This document shows positions 60,124 to 64,000 of a stretch of 64,000 nucleotides of DNA, piece after piece. The DNA is from Anaerohalosphaeraceae bacterium. Its GTDB lineage: Bacteria > Planctomycetota > Phycisphaerae > Sedimentisphaerales > Anaerohalosphaeraceae. The position numbers and the translations under genes were made by a program. The first letter of the stretch is position 1. Each line of letters opens with the position of its first letter. The stretch is from assembly GCA_050309605.1 (NCBI GenBank), contig JBNRMN010000003.1:1-64000 (forward strand), written 5' to 3'. Under the pieces are notes generated by a model. That model made no database searches, was not told where the DNA came from, and was given only the letters and a program-made list of their open reading frames with translations.

Positions 60124-60723
60124 ATGCTGTCGTTTATTGATGAAATGAGCGGTCTTGAACTGCTGTTTGTCACCTGTGCGGCCTTTGGTACCATTCTGTT
60201 TGTCATCCGGCTGGTGCTGATGTTTCTCGGAGGCGACGCCGAGACCGGCGATGCCGACGGACTGGACGGCGCCGACGGGGCAGACGGGATCGATACCGAC
60301 TTTTCCGATTCCGATCTGAGTTTCAAGGTGCTGTCGCTGCAGGGCATAACCGCCTTTTTTATGATGTTCGGACTGGTCGGCTGGGCCTTGGTCAGACAGG
60401 GCAATATCTCACCCCTTTTTTCCATCCTCGGCGGGACGATCGCGGGACTGGCGACGGTCTGGGTAATGAAGAAGATTTTTCAGATGGCCGGAGCATTGCA
60501 ATCCAGCGGCACCATCAACCTGCAAAACGCCGTCGGTCAGGAAGGGCACGTGTATCTGACCATCCGACCCGGCCAGACCGGCAAGGTTCAGCTCACCGTT
60601 CAGGGCCGCTTGTCCGTCTTGAACGCCATGGCCGAGGGCAGCGAAGAAATCAAAACCGGACAGCGCGTTCGGGTGGTGCGCGTCAGCGCCGACACATTGG
60701 TCGTCGAAACACTGAATTCATAA
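60124..60723 (+). CDS. NfeD-like (YuaF/YqiJ-type) membrane partner of flotillin
   Basis: TM - acidic D/G loop - 2 TM - C-terminal OB-fold (GHVYLTI..GKVQL); AAGGAG RBS. Confidence 0.85.
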   Translation: MLSFIDEMSGLELLFVTCAAFGTILFVIRLVLMFLGGDAETGDADGLDGADGADGIDTDFSDSDLSFKVLSLQGITAFFMMFGLVGWALVRQGNISPLFSILGGTIAGLATVWVMKKIFQMAGALQSSGTINLQNAVGQEGHVYLTIRPGQTGKVQLTVQGRLSVLNAMAEGSEEIKTGQRVRVVRVSADTLVVETLNS

Positions 60724-60745
60724 GGATGGACTCTAACAGGAAGGA

Positions 60746-62431
60746 ATGACTATGCCGTCTTCAACGATTATCTGGCTGTTTGTAATTCTTGCGTTCGTCA
60801 TTCTGGTCTTATCAACGCTGATGTTTCTGGCGTCGCGGTATAAACGCTGCGCTTCGGACCAGATTCTCGTTACATATGGTCGCGTCGGCAAGAATCAATC
60901 CGCACGCTGCATCCACGGCGGCGGCACGTTCGTCTGGCCGCTGATTCAGGACTATGCCTATATGAGCCTGACGCCGATGACGATCACGATTCCGCTGGAA
61001 AACGCCCTGTCGCTGCAAAACATCCGCATCAACGTGCCCAGCACGTTTACCGTCGGCATCAGCACCGAGCCGGGGATTATGAACAACGCCGCCGAGCGTC
61101 TGCTGCGGATCAGTCCGCGCCAGATCGAGGAAATGGCCAAGGAAATCATCTTCGGCCAACTGCGTCTGACGGTCGCCTCGCTGACCATTGAACAGATCAA
61201 CCAGGACCGTGAAAGTTTTCTGGAGTCCATCCGAAAGAACGTCGAGCCGGAACTGAACAAGATCGGGCTGTATCTGATCAATGTCAACATCACCGACATT
61301 ACCGACGGCTCCAATTATATTGAAAGCATCGGCAAAAAGGCCGCCGCCGAGGCCATCAATACGGCCAAGATCGATGTGGCCGAACAGGAAAAGCTGGGCG
61401 CCATCGGCGAGGCGCAAGCCGTTCGCGAGCGAACCATCCGCGTGGCCGAAAACGCCGCCGAATCGGAAAAAGGCGAGAAAAAAGCCGAAGCCGACAAGCG
61501 CGTCTTTGTGCGTCAGCAGGAAACCTCCGCCTCGGTGGGTGAGGCTGAAGCCGACCGGGAAAAAGCCATCCGGCTGGCCGAGAATATGGCCCAGGCCGAT
61601 AAGGGCCAAAAGAAAGCCGAAGCCGACAAACGCATCTATGTGCAGCAGCAGGAGGCCGAAGCCGTCAAGGGCGAAAAGAAGGCCGTCGCCGAGCAGCGCA
61701 TTTATGTCCAGCAGCAGGAAGCGCTGGCGGTCTCCGGTGAGAACAAGGCCAAGGCCGACATCGCCGACGCCGACGCCCTGCTGGCCATCAAACGGGCCGA
61801 AGCACAGCAGAAAGGCGAGGTCGCCAAGCGTCAGGCCGAAGTGGAAATCCAAAAAGCCCAGTATTTGGCCGAACAGCAGCGGCTCAACGCCGAAGTCATC
61901 GTTCGTCAGGAAACCGAAAAACGCAAAGTCGAGATCGAAGCCGAGGCCGAAGCCGAACGTCTCCGCCGCGAGGCCAGAGGGCAGGCCGACGCGGTACTGG
62001 CCAAATACGAAGCCGAGGCCAAGGGTATCCGGCAGGTGCTGGACAGCAAGGCCGCCGGTTACGCCTCACTGGTCAAAAGCTGCAACGGCGACGCCAAGGC
62101 CGCGTCCACACTGCTGATGATTGAAAAACTCGAAGAAATCGTCGCCCGTCAGGTCGATGCCATCAAGAATCTCAAGATCGACAAGATCACCGTCTGGGAC
62201 AGCGGCGCCGGCGACAAAGGCGGCTCGTCCACCTCCCACTTTCTGTCCAGTATGATCAAGGCCATCCCCCCGCTGCAGGATGTCGCCGGCATGGCGGGCG
62301 TGCAGTTGCCCGACTATCTGGGACGAATGGCCGAACACACAGAAGGCAAAGCCGAGGACAAAGGCCAATCCGAATCGTCAACACCGACCGCCAACAAAGA
62401 CGCCAAAGGCATCAAACCCGCTACAGAATAA
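60746..62431 (+). CDS. Flotillin/SPFH-domain protein
   Basis: N-terminal TM, GGGTFVWPLIQ SPFH domain, long AEA-rich coil, KIDKITVWD. Confidence 0.93.
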   Translation: MTMPSSTIIWLFVILAFVILVLSTLMFLASRYKRCASDQILVTYGRVGKNQSARCIHGGGTFVWPLIQDYAYMSLTPMTITIPLENALSLQNIRINVPSTFTVGISTEPGIMNNAAERLLRISPRQIEEMAKEIIFGQLRLTVASLTIEQINQDRESFLESIRKNVEPELNKIGLYLINVNITDITDGSNYIESIGKKAAAEAINTAKIDVAEQEKLGAIGEAQAVRERTIRVAENAAESEKGEKKAEADKRVFVRQQETSASVGEAEADREKAIRLAENMAQADKGQKKAEADKRIYVQQQEAEAVKGEKKAVAEQRIYVQQQEALAVSGENKAKADIADADALLAIKRAEAQQKGEVAKRQAEVEIQKAQYLAEQQRLNAEVIVRQETEKRKVEIEAEAEAERLRREARGQADAVLAKYEAEAKGIRQVLDSKAAGYASLVKSCNGDAKAASTLLMIEKLEEIVARQVDAIKNLKIDKITVWDSGAGDKGGSSTSHFLSSMIKAIPPLQDVAGMAGVQLPDYLGRMAEHTEGKAEDKGQSESSTPTANKDAKGIKPATE

Positions 62432-62442
62432 TCTCAGCGTGC

Positions 62443-62946
62443 TCAGTAGTAATAGGTCAGCGTCATATCGACGCGCCAATTGTCTTTGCCCTGCGGCAGT
62501 TTCTCGAAGCTGAGCTGTTCGCACTGCAGCTCCGGCCAGCGAACCAGCATCGTCGAGAGGAACTTGGCGGTTCGTTCGATGTCGATGGTGCGAATCGAAA
62601 GCGTCGCTGAACGCGCTCGTTTTCCCGCACGTCGTGTTTCGCCGCGGGTATTCAGCGTGAAATTGGCCGGGGGAATAGAAAACAGCGTCGCGAACTGATT
62701 GACCGCCTGCGTAAAATCAAAGTCGCCGGCGGCGGCGCCGTCTTCCTGCTGATGGGTCAAACGCTGCGGCTCAATCGTGATGATCTGAGCCAGCAGCTCT
62801 TCGGCCGCCTCATAATCGTTTTTTTCGTTTTCCCACGCCGTCGCCGCACGGGGATAAAACACCGCGGCGGCCGCAACCGCCCACACGCCGGTCACCACGG
62901 GAATCGCAATATAATAAAACAACGGATTCTTCAGATAATCTTTCAT
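62443..62946 (-). CDS. GspM/PilO-like secretion/pilus assembly protein
   Basis: Single N-terminal TM, short coil and ferredoxin-like C-terminus; downstream of a GspL/PilN-like gene. Confidence 0.5.
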   Translation of the reverse strand: MKDYLKNPLFYYIAIPVVTGVWAVAAAAVFYPRAATAWENEKNDYEAAEELLAQIITIEPQRLTHQQEDGAAAGDFDFTQAVNQFATLFSIPPANFTLNTRGETRRAGKRARSATLSIRTIDIERTAKFLSTMLVRWPELQCEQLSFEKLPQGKDNWRVDMTLTYYY

Positions 62947-62954
62947 CGCGGACC

Positions 62955-64000
62955 TCATTGTACCGGTTCAACCGTAAATTCAAAACTGTCGCGATTGCCC
63001 GCCATCGACATCCGTTCCTGGCCGAATCGCAAACGGGGATGTTTCTTAATGGACTCAAACAAATCCAGCGTCGCGCGCCGACCGTTGGTATCGCCTCGGA
63101 CCCGCATCGTGCGTTCCGTGAGGGTGATCTGCTGGATGATGACATCCACCGAAGGCGGCGCGTTGTTGACCGCTTCCAGCAGAAACGTCAGCTTGGCCGG
63201 TACCGATTTGTCGTCGCCGGGGCCGAGACCTTCCTGCACCCGACGGACATTGATCAAGGTACGCCGCAGGCGCGATGTAATCGCCTCGGTCGTCGGCGGG
63301 TTGCTGCCGTACATGGCCGCGCGATACTCCTGGGCCAATTTGGTGTTGAGCGTCTGGGCATAGGCATTCATTCGCCAGGTGCGGGACTGAAAATAAATCG
63401 CAATGGCCGCCAGCAGGATCGTCAGTGAAATGCCGGCCAGGCGCAAGCTGGATTCCATCATCTTGCGCTTGCCTTGGTAGGGCATAAAATCATGCCGAAA
63501 ATCGGCCGTGATCTCCCGTTCCAGCGGCGCCATAGCCGCGCCGACAGCCATCAGCATGACCCCGCCCGATATATCGCGATCAGATGGTGTTTCGAAATTC
63601 AGCTTCTCGACAGCCGATTCGACGCGAACCGCCAGCCCCGTTCGTTCAGCCAGCGCCTGGCGATCCACCCCCTCCGGCGCGTGGACAAACACCGCGTTTT
63701 TGAGCGGCTGTTCTTCCCCGGCGCCGGCGACGGCCAGCAATATCTCGCGCGTTAACGCGGCGGTGCGCTGCTGTTGGCCCTGCAGCAAAAACGACCGCAT
63801 TTTCGGCGCATATCCGTCTTGACCGGGCTGGATAAAATAGCCGTTGTTCTCGGTCGCCAGAATATACAGCGTATCGGGGTGTTTTGAGATGCCCAGCGTT
63901 CGCTCCAGCACGCGCGCCAGACACACCGCGTCCGGCTCAATCATCTCCGGATCCAGCCCGCCTTCCTGAATATCCAGCAAAATATCCGTAACCGTTTGAC
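62955..64000 (-). CDS. GspL/PilM-PilN-like protein (5'-partial)
   Basis: Frame is open to the window edge; GLDPEMIEPD actin-like segment, TM, coil and PilN-like C-terminus. Confidence 0.6.
   Translation of the reverse strand, partial: QTVTDILLDIQEGGLDPEMIEPDAVCLARVLERTLGISKHPDTLYILATENNGYFIQPGQDGYAPKMRSFLLQGQQQRTAALTREILLAVAGAGEEQPLKNAVFVHAPEGVDRQALAERTGLAVRVESAVEKLNFETPSDRDISGGVMLMAVGAAMAPLEREITADFRHDFMPYQGKRKMMESSLRLAGISLTILLAAIAIYFQSRTWRMNAYAQTLNTKLAQEYRAAMYGSNPPTTEAITSRLRRTLINVRRVQEGLGPGDDKSVPAKLTFLLEAVNNAPPSVDVIIQQITLTERTMRVRGDTNGRRATLDLFESIKKHPRLRFGQERMSMAGNRDSFEFTVEPVQ

Noticed and set aside
1..64000. tRNA, rRNA, integrase, transposase, prophage or known anti-phage defence genes
   Set aside because: None recognised by eye; dedicated scans were not run.

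Overview
A roughly 55-60% GC (estimated by eye), gene-dense bacterial chromosome segment. The gene content suggests an anaerobic planctomycete of the Phycisphaerae type: zinc-ribbon SpoVG, a DUF1570-like gluzincin, a Tat-exported Gfo/Idh/MocA enzyme and a planctomycete-style FlgM-like protein. This taxonomy is inference only. Most of the window is housekeeping (mutS; gap-pgk-rpe-accD-hisC-hisB-ispF; tilS; purB; deoC; pabB-like; ispE-spoVG; kdgK-like; NfeD-flotillin; T2SS/T4P assembly genes). It also holds three envelope export systems: ArsR-MMPL-LolA-like-beta-barrel, MacAB-TolC-like, and TetR-OMF-MFP-RND. The best candidate for an undescribed system is an 813-aa single chain that joins a MetF-like methylene-THF reductase, a MetV-like Cys cluster and an AcsE/MetH-type pterin-binding methyltransferase, with a Shine-Dalgarno/ATG exactly at the last domain boundary. 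It lies near a MetX-MetW fusion. Other notable items: the probable 5' end of a group II intron interrupting a TPR gene at the left edge, a 3-TM microprotein that resembles the sensor region of the adjacent kinase, a DUF4954 + glutaminase-less GlmS-like SIS + orphan HypB cluster, matching leaderless promoters, and several intergenic 7-mer/9-mer and REP-like repeats. I found no rRNA, tRNA, CRISPR array or intact transposase. All calls come from reading the sequence; no searches were run.
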